Of a stretch of 53,552 nucleotides of DNA, positions 36,901 to 50,126 are shown piece by piece. The first letter of the stretch is position 1. Each line of letters opens with the position of its first letter. Under the pieces are notes generated by a model, which saw only the letters and a list, made by a program, of their open reading frames with translations, was not told the origin of the DNA and ran no database searches. A program made the translations under genes and the position numbers. This DNA comes from Nemertoderma westbladi (Eukaryota; Animalia; Xenacoelomorpha), in contig JAUCBJ010008468.1 of assembly GCA_032718475.1 (NCBI GenBank), forward strand, positions 1 through 53,552. The letters run 5' to 3'.

Positions 36901-37288
36901 AGTGCCGCTACCTAAGGGGATTGGTTCACCCACTGGGTCCGTAGGGACAGACACACCGTCTACCGGGGCTTGGGGGGCAGACACACCGACTCGACCTGGG
37001 GACACTCGACCTGGGGACACTCGACCAGGGGACACTCGACCTGGGGACACCCGACAAGGGTACAACCCACTAGGGGACACCCGGCTTGGGGACACCCGAC
37101 TTGGGGACACTCGGCCTGGGGACACTCGACCGGGGGACACCCGACCTGGGGACACCCGACAAGGGTACAACCCACTGGGGGACACCCGACTTGGGGACAC
37201 CCGACTTGGGGACACTCGGCCTGGGGACACTCGACCGGGGAACACCCGACTTGGGAACACCCGACTTGGGGACACTTTGACACTGAAA
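33955..37288 (-). mobile_element. CRE-clade non-LTR retrotransposon, near full length, one frameshift
   Basis: N-terminal Zn finger CPVC..H..C, then RT (RPIAVG, KVDFSNAFN, QQGD, WYLDDG), CDHC..H..C and the RLE motif RVDG..WDATVVD. ORFs 37326-36091 and 36161-34014 join by a frameshift near 36150. Confidence 0.88.
36985..37277. repeat. 15-bp tandem repeats at the 5' end of the CRE element
   Basis: Unit ggggacac(t/c)cgac(c/t)t, with a longer-period duplication. Confidence 0.9.
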
Positions 37289-37783
37289 AAGTTACAAAAT
37301 TTAGAATATTTTCGTAAAATGCACACTGTACCCAGTAATTATATATGTGAAGGAGCAAAACTGCTTTTGACCATTCAGAATTAACACACACGCGCGTTAG
37401 AAATTATTTACACCTCAAAATATATAAAATTAACTTTGTCCGTACTGTGCTTTGCCCGCTAGTTAGACATCTCCAAATCTCTGCCTCTGTACCTAGCTAG
37501 CGTCCCTTTCGCCCAACCATATAAATCACACCGCGGCAAAGTATACGAGCCTCTTAGTCCGTCAGTGAGTCAGCCTGATTTTAGGATTCGCTGCGCGGGA
37601 TTTTGTTTCATCGAAGTTTGTCTGCTCGTAGACTGTTTTCTGCCTCACCGGTTATAAGAGATCGATACTGCAATATATTCGCTTACTTAGAGTTTACTGT
37701 TTTGGTGAGAAGGTCGGATTTATGATTTGATTCACAAACTTTACAGTAGGATATTGCAGGTATTGTTACTGTCTCTTCTAATA

Positions 37784-38698
37784 CTCTGTGCTGTGACATT
37801 GAGTCTCTGTGCTGAGACATTAAGTCTCCGTGCTGAGACTGAGTCTCCGTGCTGAGACATTGAATCTCTGTGCTGAGACATTGAGTCTCCATGCTGAGAC
37901 ATTGGGTATCCATGCTGTGACATTGAGTCTCTGTGCTGTGACATTGAGTCTCTGTGCTGTGACATTGAGTCTCTGTGCTAAGACATTGAGTCTCCGTGCT
38001 GAGACATTGAGTCTCTGTGCTGAGACATTAAGTCTCCGTGCTGAGACATTGAGTCTCCGTGCTGAGACATTGGGTCTCCTTGCTGTGACATTGAGTCTCT
38101 GTGCTGAGACATTGAGTCTCTGTGCTGAGACATTGAGTCTCTGTGCTGCGACATTGAGTCTCTGTGCTGAGACATTGAGTCTCCGTGCAGAGACATTGGG
38201 TCTCCATGCCTTGACATTGAGTCTCTGTGCTGTGACATTGAGTCTCTGTGCTGAGACATTAAGTCTCCGTGCTGAGACTGAGTCTCCGTGCCGAGACATT
38301 GAATCTCTGTGCTGAGACATTGAGTCTCCGTGCTTAGACATTGGGTCTCCATGCTGTGACATTGAGTCTCTGTGCTGTGACATTGAGTCTCTGTGTTAAG
38401 ACATTGAGTCTCCGTGCTGAGACATTGAGTCTCTGTGCTGAGACATTAAGTCTCCGTGCTGAGACTGAGTCTCCGTGCTGAGACATTGAGTCTCCGTGCT
38501 GAGACATTGGGTCTCTATGCTGTGACATTGAGTCTCTGTGTTGAGACATTGAGTCTCTGTGCTGAGACATTGAGTCTCTGTGCTGCGACATTGAGTCTCT
38601 GTGCTGAGACATTGAGTCTCTGTGCTGAGACATTGAGTCTCTGTGCTGAGACATTGAGTCTCTGTGGTGAGACATTGAGTCTCTGTGCTGAGACATTG
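37784..38698. repeat. 21-bp satellite, right part
   Basis: Same unit as 12074-13134. Confidence 0.96.
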
Positions 38699-40038
38699 AT
38701 TCTAGCTCAAATCTTGTTGGTGTATTATTACCGTAAGCTATTTGGAAGATATTTGCGGTTGCATGGCCTAGTGTTTTGGGTGCCTTTTATAAAATTAAAT
38801 TATTTTATTTCATCAATTAAATTATATCAATAAACATTAAGCATAATATTTCTAGAACACGTGTTAATTTAGTAACTAGCTATACTGTATTTAATTATTT
38901 ATTATTTATTTATTTATTTGTATGGAATTAATTTCGCAATTTCGATTCGCCACGGCGACATATTTTCTAACTTTATACTGTATCGCAGTGCGACATTATA
39001 CATTTTATTATGTATTTGCAGTATATCCAGTACGTCACCGCGTCATTATTAGGTTGTTCTAGAAAGTTTGAGTGCATAACTACAAATAATTCCCCAGAAA
39101 TAAATAAAATTAAATTCGCCATTGTTTATAATTAGCACTTTAGCTTTTACGGCCCTCGTTCTATTATTTCTAGAGGTAGGGGGTATAAGGTCATATCTTC
39201 AGAATCACCCTGCCAGGGTCTCAGTTTTACCAGCCTTGAGATTGCAAAATTTAGGTAGTATCTCAAGAAGTTTGTCTTGACCAGATTGTTCAACACAGTT
39301 AAGCAATGTAGTGTAAAGAATGCAACTAATGCAAGGGTTTGGAGCTCTGTATGGAAAAACTCACAGCTGATATATATATATATATAGATTACATACATCC
39401 ACAAGTAAGTCTGGATAAGCATGGAGGAGGGCATGTGTAGAAGAGAGGCTGAGACATAGCCAAGCTTTGTGAAGCGTCGTTCATGATACAATGTCAAATG
39501 TTTTACTTGGCCATCACATTCTACTATAATAACTGAATAAGGTCAGAAATGGCTGAGTTGTCATGAGTGACAAGATTAAGCAAGGCATAAATGCCAGCAA
39601 TCACGAATCACTAAAGCTTTTGTTGCTCCTAAAAAAAAGCCTCAAAGATGGATTTATTGCCTCTAACCTATCTCTTAACTTTACAGAAAACTGTAATATT
39701 AAAATTAATAAAAATTAAATAAAAAACAAATAAAAACGGTAATATTTAAATTATCCAATCCTTCTCAGTATGACCTCATCAGCCATCAATAGATTCGGCA
39801 TCAGAGGAATTTTCTGAATCGAATGACATTTCAAATGCCCATATTAAAATGTCTTTTTAAAATTTATTTATTTTTAAGTCAGAAGTATAGTAAAAATAAC
39901 ATAATTTTTGTTAAATCTACCATAACTTAAGAAATTTAGTTCTTAATGACTAAATGGTGACATCTACCCCCACTAATCGACCATTGCGATTCAAATGAGA
40001 TCAAAATCAAGTCAATACGACCATAATAAGTTGGTATA

Positions 40039-43000
40039 TGTCGTGTCCAGTATTACTTAGGCCATGGCCTATGATATAGGATTAGGATTACCGGTATGCA
40101 CATATATACTACAGTACTATATCAGTACGGCAGTACACTGCAGTACTTGTGTACACTGGTACGACTGCACAATGTATAGAGCAATATACATCATATCTAT
40201 AGATTATTATGCTTTTATATGGATATAACATTGGCGACGAGTCGGTCGATCCATGTGGTGGTAACATTTCTACCTACAGACTTACTTAAGCTTCTTACTG
40301 GCTTACGCCACTTACAGATTTAGGCTTACCAGTACTGCGAAAGGAGAAACTGATCTGGTGACTCTGGATTTAGTGATAAAAGATTCTGGCACCGGTACAG
40401 AGAAAACTCAGGCCATTTGCTTACAAGTATAGGCCTACCTATTTGGTACAACATTACAGTTGTACAACTGCCGGTATTATTAACCCACAACTACCAGACT
40501 ACCGGTATTTATTAACCTACAATCGCTTACAGCTTACAGCGCTTACAATATACAACAGTACAGTTGTAAAATTTTCATATTAACAACCTAGGCCTAGCAG
40601 CCTAACCTAGCATGCATATTATATTATAGCAGTTCCATGATTACAGGAATTGTTCTCGACATAAATTAGGAGCCAAAGCCAATACAGTAATAGCAATACT
40701 GTAGGCCGCTTCTGACAGTTCGTAGTTAAAAAAAGATAAATACTGAGATATAAGTTATTACAAAATCACAGTATCGGTACACGTTACAGTGTTAAGGGAT
40801 GGCCGAAGCCAGACATATCTCCCTACGTGCACCAGAACCATTTAAAATTTCATATGATGTCAGTTCCGTAACCCCTCGCTGGGAAAAGTGGCTAAACACT
40901 TTCGACATATATTTGTCTGCACTGGGTGTCAAAGACCCTGAACAAATGAAAAGCATTCTTCTACATATATCTGGTGAAGAGGTACAGGACCGCTTTGTTA
41001 CATTGACTATTCCACAACCTGTGCCTGACACTAATGAAAATGTTTACACAGTAGCACGTACATCACTAAATAATGAATTCGGCAAAAGAGAAAATGAAGT
41101 ATTTTCAACATTCAGGTTTAACTCACTAACACGAGAGCCAAATGAGTTATTCAGCTCATATATAGCACGACTTCGGAAACAGGCCAAGTATTGTAATTTT
41201 GGCAATGCTTTAGAGCGAAATATGCTAATATACATGCGATGTATTCAAATTGCTCAAACGCTAGAACAGACATCTAAACAAGCACTAGATATTGAAGAGT
41301 TCGCACGATCTACAAAACTAGTGGGACAAAGTGACGACATTGATGACCTTGAAGTTAATAAAATAGCTAAATTTAAAAACCGATATTCAAGGCCAAAAGC
41401 AAACGCTGAACAGCAATGGCAGCGAAAAACGGTAAATTACAAATACCAGAACAAGCCGCCAACTGCAAATTCTGTCAGCACACCCCAATATACACATTGT
41501 TACCGATGTGGGAATACAGATCACAAAGTTCCTGATTGTCGAAATTCAGCAAAAATCATCTGTAATGCATGTGGTGGAATAGGACACATGAAAGGAGTAT
41601 GTATGAAAACTAAACGAAACTTACGACAATTAGTCGACGACAATGAAGAAACTGAAACGATTTATAGCGAAGAAAGCACATCATCTGATGAGTATGGTGA
41701 TTTATGCATCAATGCTCTATTTAAGGAACACAAAATTCATAAGATTTCTACTGCGGGTCCTTGTTACAATGTAAATATCAACAATACAAGCATCCCTATA
41801 CTGATTGATTCTGGAGCAGAATGTAATATCCTCACATATTCTGCATACAAAACACTACAACAACATGGTGAATACATGAATCTAACACCCACTAAAAGTA
41901 TCATATATCCATACAATTCAAAAACTCCGCTAAAAATCGTTGGAAAAGTGCGAGCAACAGTGGAAGCCTGTGGGCAAGCAGCTAAGGTAAAGTTTATTGT
42001 TGTTAGTACACAAGACTTATCTCTATTAGGATACAAATCTGCCACAGCTTTGGATTTGCTACGGGTTGGCCCACCTAGTGTGAAAGAAAGAGGAATGAAG
42101 ATAGGAGTGCGACAATTATTAGAATGCAAAAACTCACAAAACATTAGACACATCACATCTGGACAATATTATATCAAAATATTCCAATGTTTTCTCAGCC
42201 ACAGGTCTCATGTGTGACGAAAATGGCACCCCAATACAAGTGAAATTACACCTCAGAGAAGATGCAGACCCTGTCGCAGTACGTGCATCACGTATTCCAT
42301 TTCATCTCCGCCGCCCGTGTGAAAAAGAACTTTCCATCCAGGAGGAGGCTAATATGATTGAAACTGCCACTGGTCCTACCCCATGGGTTTCAAGAATGGT
42401 ACTTCAAATTAAACCCAACCGCACAGATGATGAAAACCTTCCCGTAGTTCGGATTACGCTTGATGCCCGGGAGCTTAATAAACATCTAGTACGCGAACGG
42501 CATCCGATACCGACACTCGAAGAAATTGTTGATCAAATTGCCTTGGAAGAACCTCCTAATCCATCCAATATGACTGATGACTTGACTTTATATTACTCAC
42601 ATTTAGATTGTGATCGTGGGTACCATCAAATTGGTTTACATCCTGATTCACGACCACTTACAACATTTGCCACTCACAAAGGAATGAAACGTTATACTAC
42701 TCTGGTTATGGGTGTATCAACCAGTGGAGAAATTTTCCATCGTGAGTTGGAACGTTCCATACAAGGGATTGATGGAACAAGAAATGCCAGTGATGACATA
42801 ATTGTGTGGGGTTATGGGAAGCAGCAACATTTAAACCGTCTGCAGCAAGTGTTAGCAAGATGCAAAGAACGAAACATAAAATTAAAACGATCAAAGTGTG
42901 TATTTTTGCAGACAAGCGTTGAATTCCTGGGGCATCTACTTACAAACACGGGGCGGACACCCTGTGAGAAGAAAATTGAGGCAGTAAAAAACCTAAAAAT

Positions 43001-45478
43001 TCCAACTACCAAAACTGAACTGAAGTCCAGTCTTGGATTGCTTGGGTGGTTGTCACCTTTCATCCCAAATTATGCCATTCTTAAAGCACCTCTTCAGAGT
43101 CTACTTGCAAAGAACAAAGTGTTCGAAATGTCGGATGAAGCCCTCATAGCTTGGAAGACGCTGATTGAAGAAATATCAAATCCTAGAACATTGGCATATT
43201 TCAAACGTGATCTTCCTACAACACTCAACACTGATGCATCACCCACAGCAATTAGTGCAATTCTGAGCCAGACCCAACCATCAGGACTTGATCAGCCAGT
43301 TGCTTTTGCCCATCGGTCTCTTTCAGAAACTGAAAGTCGATATAGCCAAACAGAAAGAGAGGCACTGGGAATAACTTGGGCATTGCAGCGATATAACATC
43401 TATCTTCGTGGAGCACCACAACCAGTTAACATACAAACAGACCATAAACCACTATTGCGAATTTTCGCACCCAACGGTAACCCAACACCTCGCATAGAAC
43501 GCATGTTACTGAAAATACAAGGGGAATATAATTATAAGTTATCTTATATCCAAGGTAAGGACAACTATGCAGACATATTATCGCGCCAAACACCAAAAGG
43601 TTCATGCCCACAGAAAGGAAAACATACAGAACAGTATGTCAGAGCAATAATCCAAAGCAATTTACCATTTAATCTAAACCTTGAAACAATAATTGAACAT
43701 ACTATGAAGGACACTTCTTTGATTATTCTGCATTCCGCTATTATGAATGATGCATGGGACAAAGACAAAGATGTGTTGAAGCCAGCCATATTACTCAGAT
43801 CGACATGAGTTCAGCATCACCCACGATAATATAATATTACGGGGGAAGAGAATCGTTATACCCCAGCTATTACGTGACCTCTGTATTGAGATAGCCCATG
43901 AAGGTCATCAAGGCATGACACGTACCAAACAACTCCTACGGGAAACGGTATGGTGGCCCAATTTAAACAAGGATACAGAAAATTATATAACAAGGTGTTT
44001 ACCATGCCAAGCTACAGGCAAACCTGCAAAACCCTCACCACTGAAACCCACAGTCATTCCCAATGAAACATGGTCAAAGATAGGAATGGATTTTCTAGGC
44101 CCTGTTGATCATAAACATATATTAACTATGATTTGCTACAGATCTCGTTATCCTATTGTTATCCCTATGAATTCAGAAAATGCGAAACATTTGATAGAGG
44201 CGTGTGAAAGAACTTTCAGTATATTTGGGTTTCCAAAAGATATCATAACTGATAATGGGCCTGCTTTTCGCTCACAGGAATTCGGACGGTATTGTAAACA
44301 AAGAGACATAAAAGTACATTTGATCAGCCCACGATTCCCTTCCGCCAATGGGGAAATTGAACGGCTTAACCAGCCACTGGGAAAATTCATAGAGAGTTGC
44401 CACGTTGAAGATAAGATTTGGCAAACCAATCTCCAGACATTCCTACTCAACTATAGATCTACACCTCATCCTGCCACTGGATTCTCACCCGCTGAATTAA
44501 TGTTCCATCGAACATTAAAAACAAAACTCCCTGCATTGCTATCAAACCAAGCTTTAACACCAAATCCAGATATCAATGTAGCAGTTCAACAACGTGATCA
44601 GAAATATAAGAGGAGAATGAAAAAATATACAGATAATCGACGCCATGCTAAGGAAAGAGATTTTGAAGTTGGGGATATTGTCCTTATTCGCAGATTTAAC
44701 CGAGTAGAAAAGGGATATTCAACTACATGGCTCCCCTCACCATATACAATAATTGGCCGGAAGGGAGAATCCATGATACTACAAGGAAAACATGGGTCTA
44801 CACTGCGACGAAATCCAACCCATATGAAACACTACCACTCCAGCAAGACCAATGAGAAAAGTGATGCGTCCTCTGAGGATTTGTACAATAAAGACATAGG
44901 GGAAGATTTAGACGATGATGTTGATTCCAGACCGATTCCCCAAGCCGAACCAGACGGTAACTGCAATGATGAACATGAATTACTGCAGGGACAAGTAGAA
45001 AACTCTAGACCATCACGACAACGAAAACCTAGAGACTTGGGACCATATATTTGTTATTAAGATTGAAACAATTTTGAAACAGTAATATAGAACATTCATA
45101 GTAACATTTATAACATTGATTAAAGCCTGACAAACGCTTAACTAGGACAATCTATTACTAACTAATTTGTTTGGTGGTATGTGATAATGTGATATTAAGC
45201 CGTATGTGAAATTAACCAGTAAGTCATAAGTACATCAATACCTATTATTTCTCTTGTTTGTTTTAATTACTTGTTGGAGGAAGTGATGTCGTGTCCAGTA
45301 TTACTTAGGCCATGGCCTATGATATAGGATTAGGATTACCGGTATGCACATATATACTACAGTACTATATCAGTACGGCAGTACACTGCAGTACTTGTGT
45401 ACACTGGTACGACTGCACAATGTATAGAGCAATATACATCATATCTATAGATTATTATGCTTTTATATGGATATAACA
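40039..45478 (+). mobile_element. Ty3/Gypsy LTR retrotransposon (Mag-like), full length
   Basis: 192-bp LTRs at 40039-40230 and 45287-45478 (TG...CA, apparently identical). TSD GTATA, PBS TGGCGACGAG at about 40232 and PPT ggaggaagtga. Confidence 0.95.
40799..45060 (+). pseudogene. pol: Gypsy gag-pol broken into three frames
   Basis: Gag with two CCHC knuckles, protease LIDSGA, RT (ASDD), RNase H (TDASP, EREALG, TDHKPL) and integrase (HQG..CLPC, DFLGP, TDNGP). Frameshifts lie near 42200 and 43790. Confidence 0.88.
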
Positions 45479-45709
45479 GTATACAAGTGAAATTATCACA
45501 AATCCATAATCGCGCGAGCGCATTGTGGGTACCACTCAGTTTTTTGTTTGGTGCTGATGAATTTGGACTAAAATTTCAAATTTTTTGTGAATATTATGCC
45601 CATATGCCCTAATGCATCGAAAAAACATTTCCCAAGCTGATTTGGAGAGCATCATCAAAAATCCTCTATCATTTCCCCCTCTCTTGCGTGGGAAACTAGA
45701 TCACCCATA

Positions 45710-48370
45710 CCGTAACGCTATAAAGCGCCATGTTATGAACAATGTCGAATATAGTATTTGATGAAAAATTGATGAAAATTTCACCAAAAAAATTATTTTA
45801 TACCAAATTAAATATTGTGATTAAAATTAATTAATTAAAAAAAAATTATTCAACACCAAATAAAATAAAGTCACCCCAAATAAAATTATTCAAACACCAA
45901 ATTAAATTTTTCAAAACCAAAAAAATTATTCAACACCAAAACCAATTATTCAACACCAAAACCAATTATTCAATACCAAAATAAATAAATGCTCCCCAAA
46001 ACCAATTATTAGCACCAAAATAAATGTCAAAACCCCCAAAATAATTACAAATATTCCCAAAATAAATACATTTTCCCCAAAACAAATACATTTTAGCCCA
46101 AAATAAATACATTTTCCCCCAAAACAAATACATTTTTGCCCAAAATAAATACATTTTCCCCCAAAACAAATACATTTTTGCCCAAAATAAATACATAATC
46201 CCCCAAAACAAATACATTTTAGCCCAAAAAAATACATTTTCCCCCAAAACAAATACATTTTAGCCCAAAAGAAATAAATTTTCCCCTAAAACAAATACAT
46301 TTTTGCCCAAAATAAATACATAATCCCCCACAATAAATACTATACTACTGCAGCAAATAGGCCTTGCACTTCCTGGAAGTTAGACAAAAACTTCAGTAGG
46401 CCTACTGCCGTAATACTATAACCTAATAACAGTAAAAGTAATAGGGCATAGGCAATAATAGATAGGCATATTAGGTATATCGGTACGAAACCTAATAACA
46501 GAAAACGTTGTTCGAAGGCAATAGGCCTAGCGGTACGAATTCTGTAACTGAAGACTGAAGCAAGCGCCCATGTGAAGAATACCGGGATTTAATATAAAAT
46601 GTTTGGTGCCGGAAAAAATTTTATTGGTTGACAAGTAATTATTTTTGGGGGATGAATAATTGTTTTTGGGGAATCAATAATTGTTTTTGGGGGTAGAATA
46701 ATTGTTTTTGGGGGATGAATAATTGTTTTTTGGGGGAATAATAATTGATTTTGGGGGATGAGTAATTGTTTTTGGGGGATGAATAATTGTTTTTTGGGGG
46801 AATAATAATTGATTTTGGGGGATGAATAATTGTTTTTGGGGAATCAATAATTGTTTTTGGGGGTAGAATAATTGTTTTTGGGGGATGAATAATTGTTTTT
46901 TGGGGGAATATTAATTGATTTTGGGGGATGAATAATTGTTTTTGGGGGATGAATAATTGTTTTTTGGGGGAATAATAATTGATTTTGGGTGATGAATAAT
47001 TGTTTTTGGGGGATGAATAATTGTTTTTGGGGGATGAATAATTGTTTTTGGGGAATCAATAATTGTTTTTGGGGGTAGAATAATTGTTTTTGGGGGATGA
47101 ATAATTGTTTTTTGGGGGAATAATAATTGATTTTGGGGGATGAATAATTGTTTTTGGGGGATGAATAATTGTTTTTTGGGGGAATAATAATTGATTTTGG
47201 GGGATGAATAATTGTTTTTGGGGAATCAATAATTGTTTTTGGGGGTAGAATAATTGTTTTTGGGGGATGAATAATTGTTTTTTGGGGGAATATTAATTGA
47301 TTTTGGGGGATGAATAATTGTTTTTGGGGGATGAATAATTGTTTTTTGGGGGAATAATAATTGATTTTGGGTGATGAATAATTGTTTTTGGGGGATGAAT
47401 AATTGTTTTTGGGGGATGAATAATTGTTTTTGGGGAATCAATAATTGTTTTTGGGGGTAGAATAATTGTTTTTGGGGGATGAATAATTGTTTTTGGGGGA
47501 TGAATAATTGTTTTTTGGGGGAATAATAATTGATTTTGGGGGATGATTAATTGTTTTTGGGGAATAAATAATTGTTTTTGGGGGACGAATAATTGTTTTT
47601 GGGGGATGAATAATTGTTTTTGGGGGATGAATAATTGTTTTTGGGGAATCAATAATTGTTTTTGGGGGTAGAATAATTGTTTTTGGGGGATGAATAATTG
47701 TTTTTTGGGGGAATAATAATTGATTTTGGGTGATGAATAATTGTTTTTGGGGGATGAATAATTGTTTTTGGGGGATGAATAATTGTTTTTGGGGAATCAA
47801 TAATTGTTTTGGGGGGTAGAATAATTGTTTTTGGGGGATGAATAATTGTTTTTTGGGGGAATAATAATTGATTTTGGGGGATTAATAATTGTTTTTGGGG
47901 AATCAATAATTGTTTTTGGGGGACGAATAATTGTTTTTGGGGGATGAATAATTGTTTTTGGGGGATGAATAATTGTTTTTGGGGGATGAATAATTGTTTT
48001 TGGGGGATGAATAATTGTTTTTGGGGAATCAATAATTGTTTTTGGGGGTAGAATAATTGTTTTTGGGGGATGAATAATTGTTTTTTGGGGGAATAATAAT
48101 TGATTTTGGGGGATGAATAATTGTTTTTGGGGAATCAATAATTGTTTTTGGGGGACGAATAATTGTTTTTGGGGGATGAATAATTGTTTTTGGGGGATGA
48201 ATAATTATTTTTGGTGAGAGGGATATTCAATATTGGGGGATGTGAATTGGTGCTACAAAAAAATATATTTGGTGGAAAATAATTTATTTTGGTGTGAAAT
48301 CATCTAATTTGGGGTGGCATTCAATTAGTGGCGATTTTTTATTATTGGTAACAGCTCCGTATAGCACTAC
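45710..48370. repeat. Foldback-like element with inverted arrays of about 21-bp units
   Basis: Left array of ccccaaaacaaatacatttt-type units at about 45780-46340, a spacer of about 300 bp, then a right array of ttgtttttgggggatgaataa at about 46640-48320 in the opposite orientation. Confidence 0.7.
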
Positions 48371-48584
48371 ATTTTTATAACATACATCATTGTTACCATG
48401 GCAACTTTGTAGAGTTCTAGAACAACAAATATATAATGTTCTAGAACATACCTGTATAGCTAGTTATTTTTAAAATTTAAAATTGCTAGTAATATAAAAT
48501 TTTTTATTTATTTATATTATTTACCGGTATTTATTCAAAATAGGCGGGGGTACCCAGGTTATGGGTCGGGTGTTACCCAGGATG

Positions 48585-48820
48585 GAGGGGCGGGTGCTGG
48601 CAGACCCTGGTTGATGGGGCGGGTGGGGGTGGCACCCTGGTTGAGGGGGCGGGTGGGGGTGGTACCCTGGTTGAGGGGGCGGGTGGGGGTGGTACCCTGG
48701 TTGAGGGGGCGGGTGGGGGTGGTAACCCTGGTTGAGGGGGCGGGTGGGGGTGGTACCCTGGTTGAGGGTGGTACCCTGGTTGAGCGGGCGGGTGGGGGTG
48801 GTACCCTGGTTGAGGGTTTC
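48585..48820. repeat. 30-bp G-rich minisatellite
   Basis: Unit accctggttgagggggcgggtgggggtggt, about 6 copies. Confidence 0.9.
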
Positions 48821-50008
48821 AGGAGTGATAATTAATTCTATAGGAACAACGTTAGATGTGAATTGGAACAAAATTTGCATTTTCATATTTTAGGAACAAA
48901 GTTCGAGCTCCAATGGGATTATCATATCTGAATGTGATTCACCCAATACTGTATATGGGTGGTGTAGTGGGGTGTTGTAATTGTGTCGCTATTAGGTGGT
49001 ATTAGGTGATTTTCAGTATCAGCAAGTATCATCACTCTATTATTTTGCGTTATTTCGAAAATTGCCTTTTTAACCGATTTATACCAAAGTTTCGGGAATA
49101 ATTAATGCTAGGACTTTATTCAAACATATTTATAATATAATTTTATACTAATTTACTTACTAAAATAGATAAGGTTTTTCTCCCCAATTTTAAGGAGAAT
49201 AAGCCAATAGAGGCCCAAGAGTCCAGACCTGCCCTAAACCATAAAATACCCGCTCTACCCCAACTCATACATTATGTGAACTTTAATTTTGACCTGCTCA
49301 CAGAATTACATATATTTATTATGAATGAAGCTGATAAAAAAAGTTTCTCAAGTTCCTTTACTCCTGAAAACGTCGCAGAAACAAAGTGAATAGATTGCCG
49401 GAACACGCCTCAAAATTCTCCGATAAACAAACGTTTATTTTTTACTGAATTTAATCGAAATCTGGTGCCAGAAGTCCAGGACCCTGCCGAATCCTTCAAA
49501 GTTCTTGACAATCCACAACTCAATAGTACAACATTTAAGGAGATGCACTTTATTAGAATTACCGTGCGATGATTTTTCAGCAAAATTGCTCAAAAATCAC
49601 GAATTACAAAATATGTGGAATTTAGCAAAGCAGTTGCCAGTTCAGCCGGAACGAAATAACCCTGGGTTTGCCATACTGACGCTTGGAACAGGTGGAAGTT
49701 GCAACCGAGTGAGACGCTTCAAAAATGGGACATTTAGGTGTCTCACTTGCTCAGCATTTAGGAGGCTGAATATGTCGCCACACCTTAAGTTATGCAAAGT
49801 TTGTTGATGAAAGTCAAGCCCTCGTAGATTGATGGGATTCTCATTGGACATTAAAGAAACTCGCGGCATTATCCGCGACCAGTACAGTAGAAAGGGTCCG
49901 GGATCCGGAAACAGACAAGGGAATAAAAAAGTTACTACTGTTGCGCAGAATATGAAAGCAGCTGAAGATACAGGACAATTAAATTGTCCTGTATCTTCGA
50001 CGATAATT

Positions 50009-50126
50009 CAGATAACTTCGACGATCCCAAGTTTTTAATACTAAATCTTCGGGGGAACATAGGCGTTGTCCACTTGACTAAAGTCAAGTATTAGTATTAA
50101 AAACTTGGGATCGTCGAAGTTATCTG
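50009..50126. repeat. Perfect 36-bp inverted repeat with a 46-bp spacer
   Basis: 50009-50044 is the exact reverse complement of 50091-50126. Confidence 0.9.

Larger units (their letters stand above)
13135..37783 (+). mobile_element. BEL/Pao LTR retrotransposon, full length, with nested content
   Basis: TSD CTCTG at 13130-13134 and 37784-37788. Joining the flanks regenerates the satellite sequence seen at about 38200-38280. LTR segments 13135-13195 = 33573-33633 and 16541-17035 = 37289-37783. Domain order is gag-PR-RT-RH-IN with BEL-type motifs (YYLPHH, KVRVVNDC, FSDAS, DCFGP, SDQGTNF). Confidence 0.92.
33573..37783 (+). repeat. 3' LTR (61-bp head, 3.65-kb unshared middle, 495-bp tail)
   Basis: Preceded by purine-rich ggagcgg (PPT-like). 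Head and tail match the 5' LTR. Confidence 0.8.

Noticed and set aside
34082-37391. Many overlapping ORFs on both strands of the CRE element
   Set aside because: They are shadow ORFs of a GC-rich coding region and its 15-bp repeats.
39147-39497. 116-aa minus-strand ORF as a host gene
   Set aside because: It has no recognisable domain and crosses a (TA)n tract.
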